41,299 nucleotides of DNA from Promethearchaeia archaeon (GCA_046483985.1 JAWOCD010000107.1:1-41299), one strand, 5' to 3'; positions 19,110 through 30,600 are shown, counted from the first letter of the stretch. Numbers and translations are program-made. Notes: generated by a model from the sequence alone, not told the origin.

Positions 19110-19967
19110 ATGGTTAATCAAAAATTAATAGATAAGCAACCTTTTAAAGATAAGATAGTAATAGTAGTGGGGGGTTCAAAAGGAATTGGGAAAGCTACTG
19201 CAATCCTCCTTTCTCAATTAGGGGGAAATATCTGCGTTATCGCAAGAACGGAAGAAACACTAAAAAAAGCGACTCAAGAAATTAAGGAAAACTTGTATTC
19301 GGAAAACCAATTTGTAGAATATATTTCCTGCGATGCAACGGATATGGATAAACTCAAACCATTACTCGAAGATTTCATTATAAAACATCGTGTGCCGGAT
19401 TATCTTATAAATGCTGTGGGGTATGCTTATCCAAATTACGTTCAAAATCTCAAGCTTAAAGATTTCAAAAGAAATATGGATATTAATTATTATGGACAAC
19501 TTGTACCGATTCTTATCCTTTTACCGTATTTTATGAAAGCAAAAACGGGTTATATTGTGAACGTGTCTTCAATGATGGGATATTTCGGCATCATGGGATA
19601 TGCAACCTATGCTCCAACAAAATTTGCCATTGTGGGGTTGACAGAAGTGTTGCGTCATGAATTGAAGCCCTACAATATTAAGTTTTCACTCCTATATCCG
19701 CCGGACACGGATACTCCCGGGTTCCATGAGGAGAATCAAACCAAACCTCCTGAATGTAGAATTATGTCTGAGCAGACAGATCTTTTATGTCCAGAGGAGG
19801 TCGCGGAAGAGTTGGTCGAAGGGATATTAAACGAACGGTTTGAAATATTACCAGGAAAAGCAAAATCTACTTGGCGGATGTTTCGGCACTTTCCTAAATT
19901 GGTAAGAAAAATAATTGATCGAGATTACAAGAAAGCGATGGACCAAATCAATAGAAAGATTGAATGA
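19110..19967 (+). CDS. SDR, 3-ketodihydrosphingosine reductase (KDSR/Tsc10)-like
   Basis: GGSKGIG, YAPTK and the KDSR-type signature YPPDTDTPGFHEENQTKP. Confidence 0.8.
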   Translation: MVNQKLIDKQPFKDKIVIVVGGSKGIGKATAILLSQLGGNICVIARTEETLKKATQEIKENLYSENQFVEYISCDATDMDKLKPLLEDFIIKHRVPDYLINAVGYAYPNYVQNLKLKDFKRNMDINYYGQLVPILILLPYFMKAKTGYIVNVSSMMGYFGIMGYATYAPTKFAIVGLTEVLRHELKPYNIKFSLLYPPDTDTPGFHEENQTKPPECRIMSEQTDLLCPEEVAEELVEGILNERFEILPGKAKSTWRMFRHFPKLVRKIIDRDYKKAMDQINRKIE

Positions 19968-20020
19968 AATCTTAAATAAAAAAAGAGAGAAAGCGAAAAG
20001 AAGTGAAAGGGGCGATTTCT

Positions 20021-20404
20021 TTATTTTCCTTTTGTTGCTTTTCCCTTGAAATTTGAGAATTGGTCGAATATTTTTGGGTCTTTATTTACAATTTTAGCGA
20101 ATACATTTATTGGTGAAGCAGCTTTCGGCTTTTCAGATGTGCTTGCGGGAGTTTTTCCGAAAAAAATGCAAAATCCCGAACCTGAAAGCCAGTAACCTAT
20201 ATCTCCTATTTCACATTCTTCTTGAGAATTTTCTTCCTCAATCTCAACAGGAATTGACCCATATAATTCTTTCCCCCACCGCGAGAGATCTAAATCCAAA
20301 GGTAAATTTTGCCAAATCTTCTCGCACGTTTTGGGGTTTTTCTCGGTTAAGAGTTCGGCTTTTACTTTACCAATATCTTCATTTTCAATGTATATATATT
20401 TCAT
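20021..20404 (-). CDS. Cyclophilin-like fold protein (TM1367/DUF369 type)
   Basis: RWGKELY, GDIGYW...FCIFFGKTP and ASPINVF motifs. Confidence 0.85.
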   Translation of the reverse strand: MKYIYIENEDIGKVKAELLTEKNPKTCEKIWQNLPLDLDLSRWGKELYGSIPVEIEEENSQEECEIGDIGYWLSGSGFCIFFGKTPASTSEKPKAASPINVFAKIVNKDPKIFDQFSNFKGKATKGK

Positions 20405-20601
20405 AATTTCTCCTTATTTCTGACTATTTAAAAATATTGGTCTTTAGATTCCCGACCTAAAAAAACGGGAATTGGGGGTATTTATTTTAAACTCGTCCAT
20501 TATAATAGAATTGTTTTTTATTTTTATTTATCCTCTTTTACATTATAAAGCTTATTTTTTCCTACTAATTTAACAGCAGCCTAATCGGCTTATTCTCTCT
20601 T

Positions 20602-20629
20602 TTTGTTAGAATTTATTTGTTAGAATTTA
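20602..20629. repeat. 14-bp direct repeat TTTGTTAGAATTTA x2 upstream of thrS
   Basis: Exact tandem duplication about 65 bp upstream of the thrS start. Confidence 0.7.
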
Positions 20630-20691
20630 TTACAATTATTACTACTACAAATATTTAATTTAGAAATATACTTTATAATCGTTGATAGGAT

Positions 20692-22767
20692 ATGAAGATC
20701 TTATTAATTCATTCAGACGGCGTGGAAGTTGAGAAACACCAAGAAGCAACTTCTAACCCCCAAGAATTTCCCGAAGACAAGATTAAAATGGATGGGCTTG
20801 TTCTGGTAGCATTTGTATCAGTAGAAGATCAAGATACCTACGATACGGATATTATCGCAAAGCAAGGAGCAGATGTAATTGAAGAGGCTATTCTTCAAAT
20901 TGCACAATTTCCGGAAAAAATACGGCAAAAGAATGAAGAAATCAGGAAACATAATCAAAAAATTAAGCAAGGTAAAAAGCAAGGTAAAAAAAGAGAACTG
21001 AGAGAGCTCATCAGAGATCGGAGCATGTATCAGGTTGATAAAGTATTGGTCTATCCTTGGGCTCACTTGAGTAAATTTTTGAGTAAAGATGATAATGCCG
21101 TTGAGGTATGCCCGAAAATCGCCGAATATTTAGAAGAAAAAGGGATTAAATCTAACTTTTCTCCTTTTGGCTGGTATAAATCCTTCAATCTTAATTGTAT
21201 TGGACACGAATTGGCTGAAATGTACAGAGATGTAAAACTATATATCCAGCCTGAAGAGCACATTAAAAATGCCGTTTTTAAAGTGATTACTCCTGAAGGG
21301 AAAGAAATTGAAATCGAAAAAGAACAAGGAGATAAGGTAGAGGATATTTCAGAATTAGATGAATATAATGATTTTACTAAATTTCTCAAGTCTGAATTGG
21401 GATCCCGACGTGTTGATAAAAATGAAGAACCAGCACATATAAAATTTATGCAACAAAATGAGTTGGTCGATTTTGAGCCAAACAGCGATGCGGGAAATTT
21501 AAGATGGTATACAAAAGGAGTAATCATGAAAAATTTAATTAAACGGTATCTAGAAGACCGAATAATCGACTTTGGAGCCTTATTGGTCGATACCCCCATC
21601 ATGTACACGGTTAAGAATAAAAAACTAACAGCACAGACGGCACGGTTCCCCGCCCGGACCTATTGGGTGGAATCAGGGAGAGATCGTTACCTCCTTCGGT
21701 TTGCTGGAGATTTCTTACAATTTGATATGCTGAGTGATATGAATTTAAAACCAGAATATTTCCCTCTACGAATGTATGAATGGGAACAATACGATTTTAG
21801 ACGCGAACAAGAAGGAGAGTTAACGGGTTTAAGAAGATTACGGGCGTTTGTGATGCCGGATTTTCATACACTATGTAAAGATTTAGATAATTCCATAAAG
21901 GAGTTCAAGAAGCAATATTATTTAGATAAGCAGCTTATGGATGAACTGGGGTTAAAATCGTTTATTATCTTTCGAACTACTCAAGATTTTTACAAAGATA
22001 ATAAAGAATGGATTATTGACTTAGTGAAAAAAGAAAGTAAACCCGCGATGTTGGAACTCTGGGAAGAGCGATATTACTACTTCGTGTTTAAATTCGAAAG
22101 AGGGGTTTTATCAGCTCAAGATAAAAGTGGAACTTTAGCCACCATTCAAGTAGATGTCGAAAGTAGTCAAAAATATATGGTAGACAATGAAGGAAAAAAG
22201 CGCCAAAAATATAATATCTATTATGAAGATGAAGAGGGCGAAAAAAATTATCCCATCATTTTGCATAACGCCCCTGCTGGAGGGCTTGAAAGAATCCTCT
22301 GGGGATTAATTGAAAATGCACACAGAGAAATAGAGGATATCGTACCCGGATTTAAAACATGGTTATCCCCTATACAAGTAAGAATTCTAACTGTATCCGA
22401 GGATCAAGATGCACTGGCAGAAGATCTTCTTCAAAAGATTAATAGAGCAGGCTATCGAGCCGATTTTGATGATAGAGACGAAAGCGTTGGAAAAAAAATA
22501 AGACAAGCTGAAATTGAATGGATTCCTTATACAATCATAATTGGCCCCAAGGAAGAGGAAAAAGGAACCATTTCGGTACGAAAACGGTTGACCGGAGAGA
22601 AACTCGAGAAAAATGAGAAAGGATATAAAATAACCTCAAAGAATATAAAAAATATCAAACTCGAAAAACTGTTTGAAATGTTAGACGAAGAATGCAGAGG
22701 ATTTCCGAGATATAAGCTTCCCGTTCCATTCAGACACTTTTCTACAAAAGTATCATTCAGAAAATAG
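20692..22767 (+). CDS. thrS: Threonine--tRNA ligase, archaeal type
   Basis: Archaeal editing domain MKILLIHSD...YPWAHLS...PFGWYK...GH; class II motif FRREQEGELTGLRRLRAFVMPDFH; GGLER; anticodon-binding domain. Confidence 0.96.
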   Translation: MKILLIHSDGVEVEKHQEATSNPQEFPEDKIKMDGLVLVAFVSVEDQDTYDTDIIAKQGADVIEEAILQIAQFPEKIRQKNEEIRKHNQKIKQGKKQGKKRELRELIRDRSMYQVDKVLVYPWAHLSKFLSKDDNAVEVCPKIAEYLEEKGIKSNFSPFGWYKSFNLNCIGHELAEMYRDVKLYIQPEEHIKNAVFKVITPEGKEIEIEKEQGDKVEDISELDEYNDFTKFLKSELGSRRVDKNEEPAHIKFMQQNELVDFEPNSDAGNLRWYTKGVIMKNLIKRYLEDRIIDFGALLVDTPIMYTVKNKKLTAQTARFPARTYWVESGRDRYLLRFAGDFLQFDMLSDMNLKPEYFPLRMYEWEQYDFRREQEGELTGLRRLRAFVMPDFHTLCKDLDNSIKEFKKQYYLDKQLMDELGLKSFIIFRTTQDFYKDNKEWIIDLVKKESKPAMLELWEERYYYFVFKFERGVLSAQDKSGTLATIQVDVESSQKYMVDNEGKKRQKYNIYYEDEEGEKNYPIILHNAPAGGLERILWGLIENAHREIEDIVPGFKTWLSPIQVRILTVSEDQDALAEDLLQKINRAGYRADFDDRDESVGKKIRQAEIEWIPYTIIIGPKEEEKGTISVRKRLTGEKLEKNEKGYKITSKNIKNIKLEKLFEMLDEECRGFPRYKLPVPFRHFSTKVSFRK

Positions 22768-22781
22768 AGCATAGGATGTTC

Positions 22782-25700
22782 TTAGGAAATGTTAATCACG
22801 GCAAAACCCGTGAGATTCGTGTAATATTCCGATAAATTTCTTTTTTTCATTTCATTTTTCATATCTTCGTATTCAAAGGCAAGATCATCCAATTTTCTCT
22901 TAATAAGTTTTATATCTTTTATAAGAACCTCAATATCTTCTTCAATGCTTTTAATTTCCTTAAGCTTCTTTTGTCTTTTATCTTCATCCGTAATTCTATA
23001 GATTCGATCAAGTTGTCTTTTTGAGGGTTTTTCAGTTTCTTTCTGTTTCTTTTTCTGTTTAAGAGACTCTCGTTTCAGTTTTAGAATCTCTCTTTTATGA
23101 GCATATATTTTTTTCTTTTTTTCTTGTTCTTTTTTAAAGATCTTATTATTCAAACGTTTTATCTCCGTTTTCCATGTCGAATTTCTCTGCTTTATTCGGT
23201 TTTTTGCGTTTTGCTTTAATTGCTGGAGATGAGCCTTCTTGAGATTGATGTGGGATGGAATTTTTTCTTGAAAATTGATAATCTCCCGAAGCTTCTCCAA
23301 ATCAAATAGGACCTCATTCAAACCATTTATTTTGTTTCCATTTTTATCCAGCACAATTGAAGAGATGCGGTTTTCAACGATATAACCTTGAAATTTTATT
23401 TTAAAAATAAAAAGATATAATTCTTTTGCATCTTGTATTCGCTTCCGGAATTTTTGAGGAAATTGGTCCCTATCAACATTGAGAATAGTAAAGTCCCCTT
23501 CAAACTCGTCTTCCCTACATAAATTCAGGACTTTATTAATCAGCGGATGACCCAGGGCGAAAAAATCGATTTCCTCTCTCTTTTGCGCCAAATCCACATC
23601 AAAGGTGCCAATATACTCCTCTTTAGAAAATTTGAACTTTTTATTCTGCAAAAGAGGTTTATGGAGAATTATGTGAGAGGTGCCATTCTCCATATTGTGC
23701 TTTTTTTTATCTTCTGGAGAGTTTAATTTGCCGTATTTATGATCACCAATGGCAAAGAAAAACTGAATCCATTCAAAGAGATCGTCATTTGTGAGTTCAA
23801 TTTCCCGACAAGAGGCAAGTGACGAAATCAAGCCATCCATCTGGAAGGATTTTTTATCAATTACTAAATCATCCAATTGCATTTCAATCTCATTTGCCTT
23901 TTTAATCCTATTTTCTAATTTGCGATTAAATTCTCTTAATTGCTTTTGCTGATTACCGTCTTGAGTAAAAATTATATCTTTCAGGTCTTTTTCAACCCTG
24001 CCGATGATTGGCTCTAAGTAGCCAATAGACTCCTCAAAAAGATTGATCCGTTTAATTAAAGCATAAACCACATCCGTTTCAACAGTCCCCTCCAAAAAGA
24101 AATTATAAATAAAAATCTCATTTGACTTCTGACCGATTCTGTCCAAGCGACCAATTCGCTGTTCCAATTTCATAGGATTCCACGGTAAATCATAGTTGAT
24201 CAAAACGCGGCAAAACTGGAAATTCCTTCCCTCTCCTCCAATTTCTGTTGACAACAGCACAGAGAATTTCTCAGAGTTGCGGAATCGTTTTACTGCTTTA
24301 CTTTTTTGATCCTTATTTAATCCTCCATAGAATTCTTGGACGAAGAAATCTTCATTTTCAGATTCTAAGAGATTTTTAAGATAAAACAAAGTGTCGATGA
24401 ATTGGGTGAATATTAAAATTTTTTCTTGGGGATTTTGCTCATAGATTCCCTTCAGTAAATCTATTAATTTTTTTGCCTTTGAATCATAGGGAATCTTCCG
24501 TAGGCGTTTTACAAAATCTCGCAACATTTTTTCTTGGTTTAGTAATTCTAATTCTCTTTTTTCATTATCTTGGTCAAGTAGCTCCATATATTTCTCTTCA
24601 TCAATATCTATAGATTTATCCGTTAACTCAAACTCAAAATACTCGGGATCTTCCTCTTTTATCTTCTGAATTTCTTGAATGACATTTCTTGAGTCCTTAA
24701 TCTTTTCTAAACGCCGTTCTATGCTTTTTAGTATTGCATGTTTTGAGGAGGTTAGCATTTTTTGAAGTGTAGTGATAACAAATCCCAAACCAATATTATT
24801 CCCTCCCTTAAGGGAGGTATTGTAGATTTTTGCGAGATAAAGTCGGATTGCTCGGTATACATTCAATTCTTCCGTAGTGGGCTCAACGGTGATAGTCTTA
24901 ACTATTCGTTTATTGAGATGGTCTTCGGAAAACACATTTTTTTTCCGGTTTCGAATAAGAAACTTGGAAAGTGTATGGTCATCTTCAATTTTTTGAATTA
25001 GCTGCTTTCTCCAGTTATCGTCGCTCAATTTTTGAATTATCTCTGTTCTCGGCACAGATTTATCCGCATATTCCAAGTCCTTAAGTAAATTTAGGGTATT
25101 CTTCGATTCAAATGTATTTAGTTTTCCGAATTTGGAGAGATTTTTGATAAGTAAATTAATAAAAGGAAGGTTTTTCCGAAAGTGTTCAAAATCTGAAAAG
25201 TTTTCAAATGCAGCTGGTTTGATGAGTTCAATTAATGAGTACAATTCAAAAGAATGAAGTTGGAGGGGCGTTGCCGTAAGTAACAATAGACTTTCGGAAT
25301 TATGACTAATATTTTTTGCAAGTTTATAATTTAAAGTTTCTCGATAATTGCCGGTGGATTTATTTACTAAATATCTTCTTAAATGATGCGCCTCATCGAA
25401 CACGGTTATATCCCAAGAGATCTGAGAAAGTAAGTCAATATATTTTGGGTTTCTCGCAAATTGAAGTGAGCAAATAATAAGATTGTCATAATAAAACGGA
25501 TTTTGATAAATCTTTGAGCTGCTATGGTGTCCTTTTTGAAGGTTTTTTATTTTTTTTCCGTCATAAACTGTGAATTTTATATTAAATTTATTTTTCAATT
25601 CAAATTTCCATTGCTTGACGAGGGAAGCGGGAACGATGATTAACGCCCTCTCCACAATATTACGTGCCATCATCTCCTTAATATAAATTCCTGCTTCAAT

Positions 25701-26384
25701 TGTTTTACCTAACCCCACCTCATCGGCCAAAATGACGCGGGGGAAGTAATCCTCGGATAGACGATGAGCAACATTTATTTGATGCGGGAGTAAAGAAAGA
25801 CGAGAGTTGGTGATACATTTAATTTGATACGAAGTATAATATGCGTGGAATTTGTGAGCAAGTTGCTTCACTATAAACTTCTCGGGCAGTGCGGGTTTTT
25901 TTTCAGTAATTTCCTCCTCCAAGTACGGTTTATATTCCCGTTTGATTTCTGTTTCTTGAATTTGCTCCTTCTTGCCATCTGAAAATAACACTTCATAGGA
26001 AATAATTCCATCTTGGATCATGAAATCTCTTGAGTTAATTACACCGACCCCATATTGGGTCACAACCTTTTCATTCACTCCAAAAATATAATGAATCAAA
26101 TCAATGGGATGGATAATTTTTGTGATATTATTCCCAAAAGAGACCTTGTATTTTGTGATCTCATACGTGTCAGGCTCATCCAATTGTTCTGAAGCGGGAA
26201 TATCCAATTGTTTGATAACACGTCCCATCCCCAACTGCGGATTTAGGCGATTAATGACCAAGTTTCCTAAATTAAATTCTTGTCCCTTACAATACTGATT
26301 AAAGCATTTGGAAAATCTCGAGGGAAGATCATTCCCGCAGAATGGACAATGATAAGTATTAGAAGTTGAATTGCTTATTGTCAA
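22782..26384 (-). CDS. RapA/HepA-like SNF2-family ATPase
   Basis: LADEVGLGKT, DEAHH, LTATP, GGEGRNFQ and DLPWNP...EQRIGRLDRIGQ motifs; N-terminal zinc ribbon and RapA-like Tudor/SH3 segment; C-terminal coiled coil. Confidence 0.9.
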   Translation of the reverse strand: MTISNSTSNTYHCPFCGNDLPSRFSKCFNQYCKGQEFNLGNLVINRLNPQLGMGRVIKQLDIPASEQLDEPDTYEITKYKVSFGNNITKIIHPIDLIHYIFGVNEKVVTQYGVGVINSRDFMIQDGIISYEVLFSDGKKEQIQETEIKREYKPYLEEEITEKKPALPEKFIVKQLAHKFHAYYTSYQIKCITNSRLSLLPHQINVAHRLSEDYFPRVILADEVGLGKTIEAGIYIKEMMARNIVERALIIVPASLVKQWKFELKNKFNIKFTVYDGKKIKNLQKGHHSSSKIYQNPFYYDNLIICSLQFARNPKYIDLLSQISWDITVFDEAHHLRRYLVNKSTGNYRETLNYKLAKNISHNSESLLLLTATPLQLHSFELYSLIELIKPAAFENFSDFEHFRKNLPFINLLIKNLSKFGKLNTFESKNTLNLLKDLEYADKSVPRTEIIQKLSDDNWRKQLIQKIEDDHTLSKFLIRNRKKNVFSEDHLNKRIVKTITVEPTTEELNVYRAIRLYLAKIYNTSLKGGNNIGLGFVITTLQKMLTSSKHAILKSIERRLEKIKDSRNVIQEIQKIKEEDPEYFEFELTDKSIDIDEEKYMELLDQDNEKRELELLNQEKMLRDFVKRLRKIPYDSKAKKLIDLLKGIYEQNPQEKILIFTQFIDTLFYLKNLLESENEDFFVQEFYGGLNKDQKSKAVKRFRNSEKFSVLLSTEIGGEGRNFQFCRVLINYDLPWNPMKLEQRIGRLDRIGQKSNEIFIYNFFLEGTVETDVVYALIKRINLFEESIGYLEPIIGRVEKDLKDIIFTQDGNQQKQLREFNRKLENRIKKANEIEMQLDDLVIDKKSFQMDGLISSLASCREIELTNDDLFEWIQFFFAIGDHKYGKLNSPEDKKKHNMENGTSHIILHKPLLQNKKFKFSKEEYIGTFDVDLAQKREEIDFFALGHPLINKVLNLCREDEFEGDFTILNVDRDQFPQKFRKRIQDAKELYLFIFKIKFQGYIVENRISSIVLDKNGNKINGLNEVLFDLEKLREIINFQEKIPSHINLKKAHLQQLKQNAKNRIKQRNSTWKTEIKRLNNKIFKKEQEKKKKIYAHKREILKLKRESLKQKKKQKETEKPSKRQLDRIYRITDEDKRQKKLKEIKSIEEDIEVLIKDIKLIKRKLDDLAFEYEDMKNEMKKRNLSEYYTNLTGFAVINIS

Positions 26385-26596
26385 AATAGGATCAATTCAT
26401 CAAGTAGATTACTAATAATATAATCTTCACATTAGTTTAATTTTTGGGTTATATTAGATAAATTGATTAGAGATCGTGAAAGTATTTCATGCTCTTAAGG
26501 ACAACATGGATTTCTTATTTTTTAAGATTTATTAAAATCTATTCCTATAATTAATTATAAGTAGACTAATATTTTAGTAATGATTTATGAATAGTA

Positions 26597-27448
26597 ATGC
26601 CTAAAGTGGGAATTGAGCCAACCTTTATCGGACGGAACAAGGACTTTCAATTTGTTGTTCCAAAAAAGTTATTTAAACTAAAACCGCCTGAGGAAGATAT
26701 TGAGAGAGCCACAGCAAGAAAATTCAGCAAATATCTTAGAGGAACATTTAAGGGATTTCAAAATGCCAGAGAAACAAAGTATCATAATAAAAGTAATACA
26801 AAAACAAGGACGGAAGATGGATTTTGGAAAGAATTTGAGAAAGAAGCTCATTCGCTTGGAATAGATCTGATAGGCTATACAGCCGTGCGAGAAGAGTTTG
26901 TCTTTTATGATTTGAAGGTATACGGAAAAAATGCCATTATTTTAGGAATGGAAATGAAATGGGAAGAAATAAAAAAGGCGCCTAGTGTATTTTGTGAAAT
27001 TGAATGCTTTAGGGTTTACTATAAGTTAGGGGAGATTACCATACAGTTAACCGAGTTTCTAAAGGGTAAAGGATATAAAAGTGAAGCTCATCATCCTTTT
27101 GGAGGAAAGCTTTTATATCCCCCCCATGCTGTTTCAGCTCACTTAGGTATTATGGGAAGGAATGGGCTGGTAATTACTCCAGAATTTGGTCCAAGACAAC
27201 GATGGAGCATTATAACTACAGATGCTGAGATCCCAGAACCGCCAGTAAAAGATTTTAATGAAATGAAAAAGTTTTGTAAACAATGCGAATCATGCATAAG
27301 AAATTGCAAAGGAGGGGCAGCTCATGAAAATCCAATTAAAAAAGATTGGGGTCAAATTACTCATATCAATCGGTCAAAATGCATCCAGAGTATTCTAGAT
27401 AATAATTATTGTTCTGTCTGCTTGAAAATTTGTCCTCAAGGGAAATAA
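26597..27448 (+). CDS. Reductive dehalogenase / epoxyqueuosine reductase-like cobamide Fe-S protein
   Basis: HLGIMGRNGLVITPEFGPRQRWSIITTD; CKQCESCIRNC and C...CSVCLKICP cluster motifs; no Tat signal. Confidence 0.82.
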   Translation: MPKVGIEPTFIGRNKDFQFVVPKKLFKLKPPEEDIERATARKFSKYLRGTFKGFQNARETKYHNKSNTKTRTEDGFWKEFEKEAHSLGIDLIGYTAVREEFVFYDLKVYGKNAIILGMEMKWEEIKKAPSVFCEIECFRVYYKLGEITIQLTEFLKGKGYKSEAHHPFGGKLLYPPHAVSAHLGIMGRNGLVITPEFGPRQRWSIITTDAEIPEPPVKDFNEMKKFCKQCESCIRNCKGGAAHENPIKKDWGQITHINRSKCIQSILDNNYCSVCLKICPQGK

Positions 27449-27540
27449 TGCAAAATCAGAAGAATTCTCAAGATTTTTCACATTTGAGTTGGACTTTTTC
27501 TTTTAAATTCGTGTATTTTAATTCATAATTATTGAACCCA

Positions 27541-27595
27541 TTAAGTTGAACTTAACTTAAGGATTAAGTTAAAATTTAGAAAAATTTTTTATAAA
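27541..27595 (+). promoter_or_regulatory. Palindromic operator-like site and putative BRE/TATA of the Cys-hdrA operon
   Basis: TTAACTTAA-GGA-TTAAGTTAA (27552-27572) overlapping TTAAGTT-G-AACTTAA (27541-27555); AGAAAAA...TTTTATAAA at about 27578-27595. Confidence 0.45.
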
Positions 27596-27643
27596 TTTAG
27601 AATATTCTAATCTAATTATTAATTAGTTCTGGTCAAGTATAAT

Positions 27644-30600
27644 ATGTCACAATTACAAAGTAGTGTCTTGGTTATTGGCGGGGGAATTGCAGGCATTCAA
27701 ACCTCATTAGATCTAACTGAGCTCGGCTTTAAAGTTTACATGGTGGAAAAGAAATCCACTATAGGTGGAGCAATGGCGCAATTAGACAAAACTTTCCCCA
27801 CTTTGGATTGTTCTTTATGCATTTTGGCTCCTAAAATGGTAGAAGTCTATAGAAACCCCAATATCGATCTATTCACTTATTCATATGTAGACAAAATTGT
27901 GGGTGAAGCTGGGAATTATGAAATAGAGGTTATAAGGAAACCTCGATATGTAAAAGAAGGGATCTGCAAAGGTTGTGGTGATTGTGCAGATATTTGTCCT
28001 GTAAGAGGAATACCAAGTAATTTCGATGAGGGGTTAAAGACTCATTCTGCGGCGCACGTACCATTCCCCTCAGCTGTACCGCCCGTCTATTTAATTGATG
28101 ACAGTAAATGTTTACAAATAAATTACGGGATTTGCGGTCTTTGTCAACAAGCATGTCAAGCAGATGCCATAGATTTCACACAAGAAGAAGAAAAAATCTC
28201 ACTTAAAGTGGGGGCGATAGTCATTGCAACTGGGTGGATTCAAGATAATCCAGAAAATTATCATCGTTTAGCAGGATCCTCTCCCAATGTAGTGTCTAGT
28301 ATGCAATTTGAACGATTACTCTCAGCAAATGGACCTACGGGAGGAGAGTTAATTCGTTTAAATGATAAAAAGCACCCCAAAAAAATTGCCTTCATCCAAT
28401 GTGTAGGATCGCGTGATTTTCACCATCCCGAATGTAAAAAATATTGTTCTGCTATTTGTTGTATGGGAGCCGCTAAACAAGCAATAATTGCTACTGAACA
28501 CGCTCCAGATACCGAGACATTTATATATAATACAGAAATTAGAGCAAAGGGTAAAAACTTCTATGAATTTATCGAAAAGAGTCAAGAGGAGTATGGAGTC
28601 GAATATATTAATGGAAGAGCCTCCCAAATCAAGGAGGACCCTAAAACGGGTGAGCTTTTAATATCTTATGAAGATATGGATAAGGGAATTGTGACAACAG
28701 ATAGAGCAGATATGGCTGTATTGGCCAGTGCGCTATATCCAGATAAATCATATTATAAATTATTAAACTGTTTAGATGCAGGAATAAATGAATTAGAATT
28801 CGTCCATGATGACGATGTAATTAAATTAGAAGAACAAAACATATTTTTTACCGGTTATTCTCGTACGCCAAAAGATATTCCTACCTCTGTAGCAGAGGGA
28901 TCAGCATGTGCCGCAAAGATTAGTGAAAAATTGTATCCCGTTAGATTTGAGGATACGGTTGAATTAGAATTCCCTCCAGAAAAAGAAATCAAAATTGAGG
29001 ATGAACCACGTGTTGGAGTATTAGTCTGTCAATGCGGGATAAATATTGGTGGAGTTGTAGATACAACTGCGGTTGTTGACTATATTGAAAGTTTACCGTA
29101 TGTTGTTCATGCTGAAGAAAATATGTATTCATGCAGTTCCGATTCCCAAGAACGTATAAAAGAAATGATTGAGGAATACGACCTTAATCGGTTTATTGTA
29201 GCCTCTTGTACTCCTCGTACGCACGAACCTCTGTTTCAAAATACCTTACGAGAAGCGGGGTTAAATCCCTTTTTATTCGAATTGGTAAATATTAGAGATC
29301 AAGATTCTTGGGTCCATCAAGATGAACCGGAAGCTGCCACAGAAAAAGCGAAAGATCTCATTCGGATGTATTTAGCGAAAGTTGTTAATTTAAAGCCCCT
29401 CAAAAGACTTAAAGTTGATGTTAAAAAGACAACTTTAGTAATTGGGGGTGGCGTGGCTGGGATTACCGCAGCCCACAATTTGGCTGAACAAGGTTTTGAA
29501 GTCTATATTGCAGATATGAAACCAAAATTAGGGGGGAATTCAATCGAGTTTATTGATTTATATAATCTCCCCATCCATAAACGAGATATTATAGAGGAAA
29601 TTAAGGATTTAAAACGGCTTCCCAATGTTCATGTACTAACTAATCACAAAGTAAACAAGGTATATGGTTATGTTGGTAATTATCATATTTCTGCTCAAAA
29701 TTTGAAAGAAAGTAGGAGTAAGGAATTCGATGTGGGTACGATAATTGTTGCTACTGGATCAAATCAAGGCCAAACTGATCGATGGCAAAAAGTAGCAGAG
29801 AAATACCCCGAGAGAGTTATGACACAAAGTGAATTGGAAGCTAAAACAGAAGACGAACTTCTTGAATTTCAAGATGCTACGATTGTGCTCTGTGTTGACC
29901 AACGTAAAAATGAATACAATAAGGGTGAAAATGTAAAAACATATTGTTCTAATATTTGCTGTATGGTGGCACTGAAAAATATTGAAAAATTATTACAAAT
30001 AAACCCAGAAGCTAATATTCACATATTGTACCGTGAATTACAATTTTCTGACTTGAATTCGGAAAGATTGTGGCGAGAATTAAGAAAAAAACCGAATGTT
30101 TCCTTTGAACGCTATCGCTCTATTGATAACATACAAATTACAGGCAGAAAGAAGCATCTGCACGTTAATTATCCCAACGTGGGAGCTGGATGTAACGTGG
30201 AATATGATTCAGATTTATTAATCATGGCAACTCCCGAAATACCTGCAAAGGGAACGGAAGATTTAGCAAAGATGCTAAAGGTGCCGACAACAAAAGATGG
30301 GTTCTTCTTAGAAGCCCATGTGAAGCTGCGCCCTGTTGATTTTGCAACAGAAGGAATATTTTTATGTGGAGGTGCTCATTGGCCAAAATGGATTGATGAA
30401 AGCAGAATTCAAGCGTATGGAGCTGCGGGAAGAGCGACAATTTTAATGGCGAAAGGAGAAGTAGAAACGGAAGGAATTACCTCTTACGTACAAGAAGAAA
30501 AATGCGTTGGCTGCGGACGATGTGAAGACGCATGTCCATATAGCGCCATAGAAATGATTGAAATTAAGAAAAAAATGGGACTTTATGAAGTTACAGAATT

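Noticed and set aside
22782-26384. Anti-phage defence system (DISARM/BREX-like) around the SNF2 gene
   Set aside because: No methyltransferase, nuclease, PLD or other partner genes are adjacent.
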